Below, piece by piece: positions 19,630 to 29,732 of a DNA stretch of 55,026 nucleotides. The DNA is taken from the NCBI GenBank assembly GCA_964649175.1, contig CAZYPA010000002.1:1-55026 (forward strand), read 5' to 3'. The notes under the pieces are model-generated. The model searched no databases, had not been told where the DNA came from, and worked only from the letters and a program-made list of their open reading frames with translations. Every line of letters begins with the position of its first letter. Positions within the stretch are counted from its first letter, which is position 1. A program made the position numbers and the translations under genes. Source of the stretch: an uncultured Leptospirales bacterium. Its GTDB lineage: Bacteria; Spirochaetota; UBA4802; UBA5550.

Positions 19630-20508
19630 CTATTTCTCAAGTCGAAAATAAAGTCTTTCAAGATTATCAAGATCTTTTTTTACAACTGGAAGCAGGGGAG
19701 AATCCTTAAAAAATTTTTCACCTGAATCTGCCTTAGTTAAAAAATTTTTATAAATTTTTCTGGCAGACTCATGATCTTTTAATAAAGCATCTACCTGATA
19801 GATCTTAGCCATAAGATAATAGGCATCATCAATGGTATCCCTGTTGCTATAATACTTTATTATTGTTATTGCAGATTCAAGGGCCTGATATCCTTTGTTT
19901 AAACGAAGGTATATTTTCCCGACAATAAGAAGCGATTTATCAGAATATTCATTTTCAGGATAGGCATTAAACAATTTCTTAAAAGTTTCAATGGCCCCAG
20001 TTAAATCGCCTTTATTACGCAAAGCCTCCCCTGTATAAAAAAGAGAAGCCGGATATTCTCCTGAACTGTCACTTACAGCTGAAAAAAGATTAATTGCTGC
20101 ATCATAATCATTTTTATTAAGATAAATTCTACCAGCCCATATTCTTGCATTATCCAGGAAAATGCTTTCAGGATAATTACTTAAAAGTTCATTAAAAGCA
20201 GAAAAGGAACTGTCCATCATACCGCTATTATAAAGCTCTATACCATTTTTAAGAAGTAGTACATCCTTCCCATCCATGAGTGATTTTTTTTCCTGCTCAA
20301 TCCTTTTCCCAGCAGGAATTTCCTCTTCTTCTACTTCGGATTGAACATCCCTTATCTCGCCAACATCCTCTGTTCTGATTCTGTTATCACTCTCTTCAGT
20401 GAGAATACTCTTAATCATTTCCTCTGTTTTTTGATAATCCCTGGCAAATAAAGAAAACTCTGCACAAAGCAGAATAATAAGAATATTTATAAATGATATT
20501 GCTTTCAT
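19630..20508 (-). CDS. Secreted TPR protein (YbgF/BamD-like)
   Basis: 292 aa with a signal peptide and several TPR-like repeats (YDAAINLFS, GDLTGAIETFKKLFNAYP). Confidence 0.55.
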   Translation of the reverse strand: MKAISFINILIILLCAEFSLFARDYQKTEEMIKSILTEESDNRIRTEDVGEIRDVQSEVEEEEIPAGKRIEQEKKSLMDGKDVLLLKNGIELYNSGMMDSSFSAFNELLSNYPESIFLDNARIWAGRIYLNKNDYDAAINLFSAVSDSSGEYPASLFYTGEALRNKGDLTGAIETFKKLFNAYPENEYSDKSLLIVGKIYLRLNKGYQALESAITIIKYYSNRDTIDDAYYLMAKIYQVDALLKDHESARKIYKNFLTKADSGEKFFKDSPLLPVVKKDLDNLERLYFRLEK

Positions 20509-21146
20509 CTTTCAATAATCCCTGGCGTTTCCACAATTACCTCAGGTTTTAAATTACTCTCCTGTGACAAAGGTTTAACCTTATCACTGGAGTCTGATAA
20601 ACCTTCTGTTTTATCAGTCTGATTGATAATAATACTGCTTTCATTCCTTATATCCCTTCTTTCAAGGGGTTTTACTTCCCCTGTTTCAGGAGTTGAATTA
20701 TCTATATTTTCAGGTTCATAGGGTTTCTCATTTCTAATAGTACCAGAGCGCGTATCAATACCAGGAAGCATAGATTTAGGCTCAATAATATCCTTTTCCA
20801 CATCAGGTACATCATCTGCAATTACCGGAAATTCGTAACGTTTAAGGTTGTTTATTCCAGATTCCTTTAAAATTTCAGATTCCAGCATTTCTGAAAAGTC
20901 CCCCCCTCTTTCTCTGCTTACCTTAATTTTAAAGGAATCACTAACCAGTTCTGCAATTGGAGGACTTTGAATTTTTGCAGAATCAATGCCCATATTATAG
21001 CCAATAGCAATTGATATCATAATGAGAATAAACATAATAAATAAAAATCCTCTCTTCACTGTTTCCACTGTCTGGAGACTGAGGGAGTCAAGCCACCTGT
21101 TCATTGATATTATAAAAGAAGTTATTATTTTAAATACTGAATTCAT
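20505..21146 (-). CDS. Membrane-anchored protein with a long disordered acidic tail
   Basis: 213 aa with one TM (FLFIMFILIMISIAIG) and 4-nt overlaps with both neighbours. Confidence 0.5.
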   Translation of the reverse strand: MNSVFKIITSFIISMNRWLDSLSLQTVETVKRGFLFIMFILIMISIAIGYNMGIDSAKIQSPPIAELVSDSFKIKVSRERGGDFSEMLESEILKESGINNLKRYEFPVIADDVPDVEKDIIEPKSMLPGIDTRSGTIRNEKPYEPENIDNSTPETGEVKPLERRDIRNESSIIINQTDKTEGLSDSSDKVKPLSQESNLKPEVIVETPGIIER

Positions 21147-21976
21147 TTAACATACCTGTCTAAAATAAATACTACCCTGCACCTTCTTAAATAATCAAGG
21201 TTTTTTTTATCACTAAATACCCTCTTAATGTCATCATCAGAAATAACCGGAGATCCATTAACACTTTTAAGGGCAACACAAAAATACGGCTTCTTTCCTG
21301 CTTTTTTATGTTTTATCCCATCTTCTTCATTATAAACGTATGCAACAGCATTATGTTTCACTGCCTCAGCAACTGAAATAAAATCTTTACTGTAAATCTC
21401 AAGACCCTTTTCATTATAAATAACAGGAAGCAACATTGGCTTTATATTAAGGCCTCTGACATCAATTACAAGGGAAGTATAGAGTGTAGATATATCCCTA
21501 TCATCTCGAAGAGGAAATTCCTTTTGAGGAAACTCATAATTTATTACCTTTAACAAATCCCCTATTTTAATTTCCAGCTTAATTCCCCTTGTCAGGTAAT
21601 CAATATATACCTCTTTGTATTTCACAGTGGAATTAAGAAACACTGAAAAACGCTGCCTTACTGTTTCATCATTATCAATAAGTTCATGCAAAGTTGTTTC
21701 ATTATCAATTCTGATTTTTTTTAAAATATTCACTGCAGAAACAAGAGCCGCATCTTTTGCTCTTTCAAATGCCCTGGAGCCAGCTTCTGCAATTGATATA
21801 ATGCTACCTGTTTCATTATCCAGGGGATTTCCATTATTATCAGTAATAATAGTACTTTGTTCTGATACGATAATTTCTCCGGCAACCCAGTCAGATAAAA
21901 CCGGTCCAGCATAGACCTGTACAGCAGCTGTTATAATGATGAGTATTTTGCCTGTTTTTTTAATTAGAGTATTCAT
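21143..21976 (-). CDS. Secreted LPP20/FlgP-like domain protein (tentative)
   Basis: Signal peptide after the ATG at 21976 (the track's GTG at 22021 is an alternative start). IAEAGSRAFERAKDAALVSAVNILKK resembles the LPP20-family core. Confidence 0.4.
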   Translation of the reverse strand: MNTLIKKTGKILIIITAAVQVYAGPVLSDWVAGEIIVSEQSTIITDNNGNPLDNETGSIISIAEAGSRAFERAKDAALVSAVNILKKIRIDNETTLHELIDNDETVRQRFSVFLNSTVKYKEVYIDYLTRGIKLEIKIGDLLKVINYEFPQKEFPLRDDRDISTLYTSLVIDVRGLNIKPMLLPVIYNEKGLEIYSKDFISVAEAVKHNAVAYVYNEEDGIKHKKAGKKPYFCVALKSVNGSPVISDDDIKRVFSDKKNLDYLRRCRVVFILDRYVK

Positions 21977-22060
21977 TTTATAAAGGTTATTCCATGATAT
22001 AAAATATTTTTTGCAACACACAAATTCCTGTTTTATTATCGGTAAAACCAGTATTTAAAG

Positions 22061-23776
22061 TTAAATCCCGCCAGAAAACCCATATCCGGAACTTAATATA
22101 TAATCGCGTAGCTTCAAGGCAGAAATTCTTATCTCTTCAAGATACATTTTTTTTGCTTCATTTTCATCAATATTTCGTCTGGATAAATAAATATTTATTT
22201 TACGAAAAAATGGCCTGAACAGAGGATATAAATTCTCTGATTCAATCATCTTAATGATATCATCCTTATTATCATCTACAGCAGAAGACTCAAAAAAATA
22301 GATAATTTTCTCTATTTCAGAAAAACTTTCCATTAACGCTTTTTCCAAAGATTTTGAAGGAATTCCCTTTCCTGTTTTAAACACCTCATTTATAATCGAA
22401 TCCGGACTTTTAACAGGACTTTTCTCAGAAAGGGCATTTTTCAGCTTTGCCTCAACTGTGTTATTTATTACAGCTCCTCCCTCTGTTGAATTTATAACCT
22501 TTACAGAAACCCTTGATGCGGAATCTTCAAACCAGGATTTATAAAGATCAAAAACAAAATCAGTTATTACCGGCTTGCCAGATCCATATCCAGGAACATA
22601 TTTTATTTTACGTTTGCGTATAACACCCTGGTTTATGCATTCTAGATTCTTAAGCCTGTTAATTCCTGGAAGCCAGTCATCATTATGGTATGTCCCTGTG
22701 GAGTGAATCTCTCTTCCTGTATATGCCAAATCCTGACCAACCAGAATTATGGGGTTACAGCCAAAATTAAGAAGCATATCAAAAACAGTTGTTGCTACTG
22801 AACCACCAGACTGAATATCCCCAAAAAAACCTGTATAATTTTCTACCCAATCCATAACAGGGGTTGTTTCTCTATGCATACCTCCATTAGAATCTGTATA
22901 ATATTTCGCAGTAGTACTTATAACCCTTGGTCCTTTATAGGAATCCAGGATAGATGGACAGCTGACTACATCAGCAACAAGAACTGTTTCACCCTCCTCT
23001 GCTCCCAAAAAATGTTTAAGGCTGTATTTCTGAGCATCCAGAGTAACTACAAAATGCGGTTTTATATTATGCTGCAAAAGCACCTTAAATGCTGTGTCAA
23101 CAGCAACTATAAAGGCCCTGTTACGCAATGCTGCAAGTTCATGTATATTGTTTTTAAGAGAAGGTCCTGCGGAAACAATAATTCCAGGATAGCCCTTAAA
23201 AGTACTGAAAAATCGCCCAATCCCTTCTGAGGAAGAAAAATGTTTAATATTTTTAAAAATATTTCCTATCCATTTTTCCTCAAATTCAAATCGGGTAAGA
23301 AGATCACTCACTCTTGAAGAAACATATCTGGTTATATTTTTTATTATTTCATCATAGAATAAAGGATCTATCTGGTATGAAGGCTTATGAATATAGCTGG
23401 CAATGCCCTGAAACAATGCTAAATCAATTCTTTCAAAATAGCTTTCAATTTCATCAGATGAAGTTATAACAACGATTTTTTTGAAAACTTCAGGATTGTT
23501 TTTTTTGCAGATTTTTACAACTTCGGAATCTTTTTCCAATACAAGGATTTCACAATCTTCGTATTTTGCAGCAAGACAATTAACATGATATCCAAGTGCA
23601 AGGCCTGAGACAAGAATAACAGATGCCCTTCCAATGGTAAATCCCGAAACATTTCTTTCTGCTTCTTTAATCGGGTCATAGGCAGAATGAAGTCTTATGT
23701 CCCTTTGCTTTACAGATTCTCTATATATAAGCGTTTTAAATCCACTTCTGGTCTCTTCCACAAGATAATTTTTCAT
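22061..23776 (-). CDS. DUF115 (MptE-like / motility accessory factor Maf-like) protein
   Basis: 571 aa. GIIVSAGPSLKNN...IVAVDTAFKVLLQHNIKPHFVVTLDAQ is the DUF115 core. Confidence 0.7.
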   Translation of the reverse strand: MKNYLVEETRSGFKTLIYRESVKQRDIRLHSAYDPIKEAERNVSGFTIGRASVILVSGLALGYHVNCLAAKYEDCEILVLEKDSEVVKICKKNNPEVFKKIVVITSSDEIESYFERIDLALFQGIASYIHKPSYQIDPLFYDEIIKNITRYVSSRVSDLLTRFEFEEKWIGNIFKNIKHFSSSEGIGRFFSTFKGYPGIIVSAGPSLKNNIHELAALRNRAFIVAVDTAFKVLLQHNIKPHFVVTLDAQKYSLKHFLGAEEGETVLVADVVSCPSILDSYKGPRVISTTAKYYTDSNGGMHRETTPVMDWVENYTGFFGDIQSGGSVATTVFDMLLNFGCNPIILVGQDLAYTGREIHSTGTYHNDDWLPGINRLKNLECINQGVIRKRKIKYVPGYGSGKPVITDFVFDLYKSWFEDSASRVSVKVINSTEGGAVINNTVEAKLKNALSEKSPVKSPDSIINEVFKTGKGIPSKSLEKALMESFSEIEKIIYFFESSAVDDNKDDIIKMIESENLYPLFRPFFRKINIYLSRRNIDENEAKKMYLEEIRISALKLRDYILSSGYGFSGGI

Positions 23777-23779
23777 TTC

Positions 23780-25267
23780 TTATCCTGCAATAGATACGTG
23801 TTTTAAATAGCTTTCTTGCAGCTTATCATGAAATTCTTTCACATTTTCTATGGTTAAAAGGCCTGCCCATTTAAGCACTTCTGATTCAATATAATAGTAG
23901 CTGTATTTTTTTGTTTCAACCCCACAGAGCAAATTTGCAAGGTATGTTACATAGGTTAAGTCCCTATAATCTTTTTCGCTATTCATAGGTGAATGGTGAT
24001 TATTTATAGCTATAAACAAATTTTCAGGAAAATTCCATTTTTCAGCAATAAGCCCGCCTATTTCAGCATGACTTATCCCAATGGAAATCTCTTCAAGAAT
24101 CGAAGAAGACCGCAGCTGCTTATCTTTTGTAATTTTAGATATTGTGGTCACTATTGAACTATCCATTGAAAGCAGAATAATTTTCCCTATATCATGAAGC
24201 AGGCCTGAAATAAACGCAGACTCAGCAACAGCAGATAGGTTCTTTTTTCTGGCTATAAGCCTGGCATAAAAGGCAACCCTGGAAGAATGCTCCCATATTG
24301 CTTCAAATTTTTTATATCTGTCACTTAAAATCTTTCTTGAAGCACTTGCAGTTAAAATAAAATTAAGATTTCTAAAACCAATTATTTTTACAGCTTCTTT
24401 AATTGTAGTAATTCTTTTACCAGTAATAAATCCTGCAGAATTGGAAAGTTTAAGCACATCAGCTGTTAAGGATGGATCTTTAGCGATACTTTCTGCTATT
24501 TCCTCAAGAGTAGTATCTGCTGAACTGCACATGCGCTGGAGTGTAACAATATTTTCAGGGAATGCAGGAAGAGCGCTTACATCCTCAAGTACTCTTTTTT
24601 TAACCTCAGTAACAATCCTTTCCTCTTGAATCTCTTTGGGTACTCGTATAGAAACTGACACACCTTTTTTATCCGGATTAAATGAAAAATTCGAAGCACC
24701 TATACCTGAATTCTTCAAAAGGAATATCATAAGGACAAGGCCTAAGCCAGCACCTTCAGTGGAATCATAAACTTCATCATATGCATCTGCAAGAGATTCA
24801 TATTCTATAGCTTTTTTTATTCGCAGATTAATCCTTTTAAATTCCTCATCAATTATTAATACATTATTATAAACAACAATTTCAAGTGCATTACCCTTTA
24901 ATGAAAAAGTTACTGTAATAAAATAGGAACTTTCATAAATTATATGAGAAACTGCGTCAAGATTATATAAAAACTCCTCTTTAAATGAGCCCATTTCATT
25001 TTCATAGGCTTTTGAATCATTTATATCAATTCCTTTCCCAAGAAAATACATTCTCTTTAAATTTGCTTTAAAGGCATTATAAACTATTTCTCTTATAATG
25101 GTTATAACTGTTTCCAGGAGAAAGATATTGCCCATTCTGGAAAGGACTTTTAGCAGTACTGCATTTATAGTAACCAGGGAACTTTCATCAACAAACTTAA
25201 AGGAAAAATCTACAGCCTCCCCTTTAAGTATTTTTTCAGGATAATTTTTATCATCAATTAATGTCAT
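23780..25267 (-). CDS. HDOD domain signalling protein with an N-terminal HATPase-like domain
   Basis: 495 aa. EGAGLGLVLM is a G2-box-like element. The HDOD core reads LPAFPENIVTLQRM...DPSLTADVLKLSNSAGF...GLLHDIGK. Confidence 0.75.
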   Translation of the reverse strand: MTLIDDKNYPEKILKGEAVDFSFKFVDESSLVTINAVLLKVLSRMGNIFLLETVITIIREIVYNAFKANLKRMYFLGKGIDINDSKAYENEMGSFKEEFLYNLDAVSHIIYESSYFITVTFSLKGNALEIVVYNNVLIIDEEFKRINLRIKKAIEYESLADAYDEVYDSTEGAGLGLVLMIFLLKNSGIGASNFSFNPDKKGVSVSIRVPKEIQEERIVTEVKKRVLEDVSALPAFPENIVTLQRMCSSADTTLEEIAESIAKDPSLTADVLKLSNSAGFITGKRITTIKEAVKIIGFRNLNFILTASASRKILSDRYKKFEAIWEHSSRVAFYARLIARKKNLSAVAESAFISGLLHDIGKIILLSMDSSIVTTISKITKDKQLRSSSILEEISIGISHAEIGGLIAEKWNFPENLFIAINNHHSPMNSEKDYRDLTYVTYLANLLCGVETKKYSYYYIESEVLKWAGLLTIENVKEFHDKLQESYLKHVSIAG

Positions 25268-25380
25268 TTCAGAATTCTTTTCTTATTCCTGTATTTAAAA
25301 TAAATAAGAGCTATTTTGTTCATTTCATTTATCAGTAAATACAATTATAACATTAAAGCATTATATTAGTCTATCTTATT

Positions 25381-27255
25381 TTAATAATTTTTTTTAAATA
25401 TGAGTTCAATATTTTCAGAATCAGATATATGATAAATATCCTCCATTCCTCCTTTTACTGCAATATTCTCATTGATAACGATTTTATTTACTATAAAATT
25501 TCCAAGAACCTGTTTGCAAAATATTATATTTGCAAATGAATATTGATCCATTTCAATTGCAGAAGGTGTGATATTATACTTAAAAAAAGTGTTTAAGATA
25601 ATCCTCCCATCATCATAGTCCTTTATTCTTAAACGCATTAAGGGTTCTACACCTGGCGTGACAATTTCTATCTCTGATTTCCCTGATGAAATAACTATAC
25701 TCTCCATTCCCTCTGAATAAGATCCTCGTAATGCTGCAAATGGGAGCAGGCAGGAAATCAGAATAACAACTAATCTGTGTGCATTTTTTCCTTTAAAATC
25801 AATAAGAGGTATAATAGAAAAAATAAATGAAGCAATTAAAATTAAAGAAAGAGAACCAACAAAATAATTCAGGTTCAACCCTGAAAAAAATTCAGTAAAA
25901 CCGGCAAGAACAAGATAAAACAAATGAGTAACCTTTCCAGCCAAAAAAGCAGTAAAAATATTCAATGGATAAAGAATAAGGGCTAATAATGAAAACATCA
26001 TAATAACAGTAATAAGGGGAACAGCAGCCAGATTAGCTGGAATAGAAGCCAGGTTTACCTGTCCCATATGATAAAAAATAAGTGGAACAGTAATAATCTG
26101 AGCAGCAAGTGTTGCTGCAAAGGATTTTTTAAGAAAACCAGGAAAAGCATTTAAAACTTTTAAATACCCTTTATAAAAAAGAATAATCGTTGCAGTAGCC
26201 CCAAAACTCAATTGAAACCCGGGACTGTAAATCTCCCATGGAAACAGAAGTAGAACAATTGAGCCTGCAATAAACAGGGAGTTTAATGCGCGAACTTCCC
26301 GATTTGCCATTACCTGAATATATACAACAGCATACATAATTGAAGCCCTTACCAGAGATATGGGCATATCAGTTAAATAAAGATAAATAAAAACTAAAAT
26401 AAGTGAAATGGAAAGAAGAAGTTTCCTATTAATTCCTGCAAATAAAAACAAAAGAGGTATGGATGCAATGATTCCAACATGAAGGCCTGATGCAGCAAGT
26501 ATATGCATTATTCCTGAATCTCTAAACCTGAGAATAACCTGAGTGCTGATAAAATTTTTATTTCCGGAATAAAGGGCTTTTATTATAGCCCCGCTCTCTT
26601 TGGGAAAAATTAAATCTATTGTTTGAAAAAATTGTTCGCGTAACATCTCCTTCATAGTATGACATTTTTTAATGAAGGTAATGTTATCTTCATTCACATA
26701 ACCGCGAAAAACAATACCCTGCCTTAAAAGGTTTTGCGCAAATTTATTATTTTCATTATTATCAACTCTTTTTATATTTTTATGAACAGCTACAATATCA
26801 CCTGGTCCAATATCAATCTCACCCTTAACAGAAAGCTGGCCCTTAAACTGGTAATTCTCTTTATCCTGAGTAGTAAAATAAACCTCTTTCCCTGCTTTAT
26901 TGAACTTTACTTCATTTACAGTGATTATTGGATTATTTAAATATTCAGGAATGTTTTCAGATAATAAATTATTTTCAACTTTATCAGAAATATGATAAAC
27001 AATAAGAGCTAAAAGAGCAGTACAGGTTATAGCAGCTAAACTAAAGCCTTTAAATTTTTTACTTAAAAGAACAGGAGCATAACAGAAGGCGGAGAAGAAA
27101 AAAGAAATAACAAAAACACCTGCTGATATAAATACAATAATATTATGATTTACGCTACTCTGATCATAAAAAAAAAGTACAGTGGAAACAATGAAAAAAA
27201 ATACAGGAGCAGATACTGGCCCAAGATTTTTTTTAACAGTACTAAATTCTTCCAA
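25381..27255 (-). CDS. comEC: ComEC/Rec2-family DNA internalisation channel protein
   Basis: 624 aa, polytopic, with the competence-domain motif SGIMHILAASGLHVGI. No C-terminal metallo-beta-lactamase domain is evident. Confidence 0.8.
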   Translation of the reverse strand: MEEFSTVKKNLGPVSAPVFFFIVSTVLFFYDQSSVNHNIIVFISAGVFVISFFFSAFCYAPVLLSKKFKGFSLAAITCTALLALIVYHISDKVENNLLSENIPEYLNNPIITVNEVKFNKAGKEVYFTTQDKENYQFKGQLSVKGEIDIGPGDIVAVHKNIKRVDNNENNKFAQNLLRQGIVFRGYVNEDNITFIKKCHTMKEMLREQFFQTIDLIFPKESGAIIKALYSGNKNFISTQVILRFRDSGIMHILAASGLHVGIIASIPLLFLFAGINRKLLLSISLILVFIYLYLTDMPISLVRASIMYAVVYIQVMANREVRALNSLFIAGSIVLLLFPWEIYSPGFQLSFGATATIILFYKGYLKVLNAFPGFLKKSFAATLAAQIITVPLIFYHMGQVNLASIPANLAAVPLITVIMMFSLLALILYPLNIFTAFLAGKVTHLFYLVLAGFTEFFSGLNLNYFVGSLSLILIASFIFSIIPLIDFKGKNAHRLVVILISCLLPFAALRGSYSEGMESIVISSGKSEIEIVTPGVEPLMRLRIKDYDDGRIILNTFFKYNITPSAIEMDQYSFANIIFCKQVLGNFIVNKIVINENIAVKGGMEDIYHISDSENIELIFKKNY

Positions 27256-27817
27256 CTCTGAAAACTATCCCCAGATTTGACCCGATTGAAATTCGGCTTG
27301 ATCCTACACCCTTTCCAAAAGATCCATATCTACCATAAACATCCCAAAGTACCTTCCAAAAGGGTGAGCCTGTAAAAACAACAGTCAAAGGAATCTGTAC
27401 ACCGGCACTCCCCTTGTATCCGCCTTGAAAAGGCGCTACTTCTGAGTAAAGTCCCAAACCTGCTCCAGCTGCAATAATTTGATTAATTTGCCATAGGTAC
27501 TTTCCCTGAAGAAGCACTTCAATAAAATTAAGAGAAAAATCCAGTTCACTCCGCATATATTTTAACTGAAAGTCACCGCAATAATTATTAACAAAAATAT
27601 TAAGGACTGCTCCGCCACCAAAGGATGTACCAGACATCTTTTTAGTGCCCTGCTCTATTCCAAACCAGTCTTTATATTCTACTTTATCATAGGACATGGA
27701 CAAAACCGGTCCTAAATAGATATAATGAAGACTTGACATTTCCTTAATATTTTGTGAAAATGCAAGGCCGGACATAAATAAAAATAAAGTGAAACATGGC
27801 AGAACAAACCTTCCCAA
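27242..27817 (-). CDS. Small outer membrane beta-barrel protein
   Basis: 191 aa with a signal peptide, alternating Gly/aromatic strands and a basic/aromatic C-terminus. It overlaps the comEC start by 14 nt. Confidence 0.5.
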   Translation of the reverse strand: MGRFVLPCFTLFLFMSGLAFSQNIKEMSSLHYIYLGPVLSMSYDKVEYKDWFGIEQGTKKMSGTSFGGGAVLNIFVNNYCGDFQLKYMRSELDFSLNFIEVLLQGKYLWQINQIIAAGAGLGLYSEVAPFQGGYKGSAGVQIPLTVVFTGSPFWKVLWDVYGRYGSFGKGVGSSRISIGSNLGIVFRVGRI

Positions 27818-27830
27818 ACCAATTCTCCTA

Positions 27831-28436
27831 TTACTGAATATTCAGCGGGTTGTTAACCCTTTGAGCATTTGCCGGTACTTCAAAATTAAATAAACCAGGC
27901 ATAATTGTATCAGCTGTACTTATCTCTGAAAATGTAAAACTATATAAAATCCCTTCACTGGTTTTAAACACTGCCCGCTTCAGGAAAAAAGACTTATCAA
28001 GTAAAAGAATAATCTCCTGATAATGGCGACTATCATTTTTAAGCTTCAATGTATAGCCATTTGGTCCCTCTTCTGTTAGAAGAGGCATATAACCATTAGT
28101 TAAAGATGCAATTCCTCCTGACGTTCCACCATCTGACAACTCCTGTACACCTACAATATTGCTTGAGGGAGAATATACCCAGAGAGTTCTTCCATTAGAA
28201 ACAATAGTTCTTCCAGACGGATTAGTAAACTTTATGTGGAGCTTGCCTGGATTAAGGTATTTGAAATTCCCTGAATATGTTGCACCCCTGGATGTTGTCC
28301 ATGAAATCACACCTGATAATTTTTCAATACTCTGCATCTTGCTCCTAAACCTTGCAAGTGCTTCATCACCTGTTAAAGAATAGGCAGGGCTTAAAGAAAA
28401 AAGCAGGAATAAAATTAATATAAAATTTTTCTTCAT
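27831..28436 (-). CDS. LolA-family periplasmic lipoprotein carrier
   Basis: ARFRSKMQSIEKLSGVISWT...GKLHIKF...GRTLWVYSP is LolA-like. The ATG at 28436 has an AAGGAA Shine-Dalgarno site; the track start at 28508 is probably too long. Confidence 0.65.
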   Translation of the reverse strand: MKKNFILILFLLFSLSPAYSLTGDEALARFRSKMQSIEKLSGVISWTTSRGATYSGNFKYLNPGKLHIKFTNPSGRTIVSNGRTLWVYSPSSNIVGVQELSDGGTSGGIASLTNGYMPLLTEEGPNGYTLKLKNDSRHYQEIILLLDKSFFLKRAVFKTSEGILYSFTFSEISTADTIMPGLFNFEVPANAQRVNNPLNIQ

Positions 28437-28734
28437 AAAATGTTCCTTCATAATAATATATACGAATAAAGTAGAAATTTTTTTGCTTTTTTTTAGAAAT
28501 ATACCCATTATTTTTTAAAAAAAATTCAGTATAATTACAATCATCATCTAAATTATGTAAAGAAATAATTTGACAATAATATTGCAAAGTTTTATTAAAA
28601 AACTGGATATTAATTTATATATATTTTGTAATGCACAACAACTGGTTACTAAAACTTTGCTCCTGCTTTAATGATTGCATTTTACTTGACAAAGGGACTT
28701 TTTTTAAAATCATAATGATTTATACAATGGTAGG

Positions 28735-29106
28735 ATGACTAAAATGAAGAAAATTATTATAATTGAGGATGATATAGTCATAAGAGAAAACCTTTCTGAA
28801 ATACTTCAACTGAACAACTTCGAGGTTTTAGCTATAGACAATGCACTTGAAATTCAAAATATTGTTGAAAAGTTCAAACCTGACATTCTTATTACAGATA
28901 TAATAATGCCCGATAAAGACGGGATTGAGATTATAATAGAAATCAAAAAGCAATACCCTGATATTGCACTTATTGCGATTTCAGGAGGTGGCAGGATAGA
29001 TTCTGAAAGTTACTTAAGTACAGCGAAATATCTTGGAGCAAATGCAACTTTAAAAAAACCTTTTACACATAACCAGCTTCTCAAGATTATAAACAGTCTT
29101 GAATAA
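28735..29106 (+). CDS. Single-domain response regulator (CheY-like receiver)
   Basis: 123 aa with an EDD acidic pocket, the phospho-acceptor in ILITDIIMPDKDG, and the conserved Lys in LKKP. Confidence 0.85.
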   Translation: MTKMKKIIIIEDDIVIRENLSEILQLNNFEVLAIDNALEIQNIVEKFKPDILITDIIMPDKDGIEIIIEIKKQYPDIALIAISGGGRIDSESYLSTAKYLGANATLKKPFTHNQLLKIINSLE

Positions 29107-29179
29107 AATAAGAAATTTGAGTATAGGCAATCAATAATCTTTATTGTATGAGGCTCCTCTTCATTAGGGTTATAAACAC

Positions 29180-29620
29180 GTGAAAGAATTAAAACTTTCA
29201 GTAAAAAAAGCTGAGCACTCAGATATTGAAGCTATTTCCATTATTGAAAAAGAATCAATAGATCTCTGGACAATAAATCAATTTTACGATGAGCTTGCCT
29301 GCTCCTTTTCAATTTTTCTGGTTGCCAGAGTGGATGAGGAAATTGCAGCCTATATTGTTGCCTGGCGTGTTACAGGCGAACTTCAAATAAACAGCATTGC
29401 AGTAAAATCAAAATTCCGAAAAATGGGTCTAGGGAAAACCCTTATTGATGAAGCAGTAAAATTTTGCAGTGATTATAAGCCTGAAAAAATCATTCTTGAA
29501 GTTGCTGAAAAAAATACCCAGGCTATTCTTTTTTACTTAAAAAATGGATTTATTAAAAGCGGATTAAGAAAAAATTTCTATATCAATGATAATGCAATAT
29601 TGATGGAAAAAAAATTATAA
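29180..29620 (+). CDS. rimI: GNAT N-acetyltransferase, RimI-like
   Basis: 146 aa with a GTG start. The acetyl-CoA motif reads IAVKSKFRKMGLGKTLI. Confidence 0.7.
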   Translation: MKELKLSVKKAEHSDIEAISIIEKESIDLWTINQFYDELACSFSIFLVARVDEEIAAYIVAWRVTGELQINSIAVKSKFRKMGLGKTLIDEAVKFCSDYKPEKIILEVAEKNTQAILFYLKNGFIKSGLRKNFYINDNAILMEKKL

Positions 29621-29631
29621 TAATTATATTT

Positions 29632-29668
29632 TATATATCCCCGCCGCCTGTGGCGGCGGGGATATATA
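29632..29668. terminator. Perfect 37-nt palindrome with a GC-only core (probable terminator)
   Basis: TATATATCCCCGCCGCC-TGT-GGCGGCGGGGATATATA, a 17-bp stem 12 nt after the rimI stop, with no clean T-run. Confidence 0.55.
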
Positions 29669-29732
29669 AGCATTTAATTTTAAATAAAAGTTAACTCTGA
29701 TTAAATATCTTCTTCCAGGAATTAATATTTAA

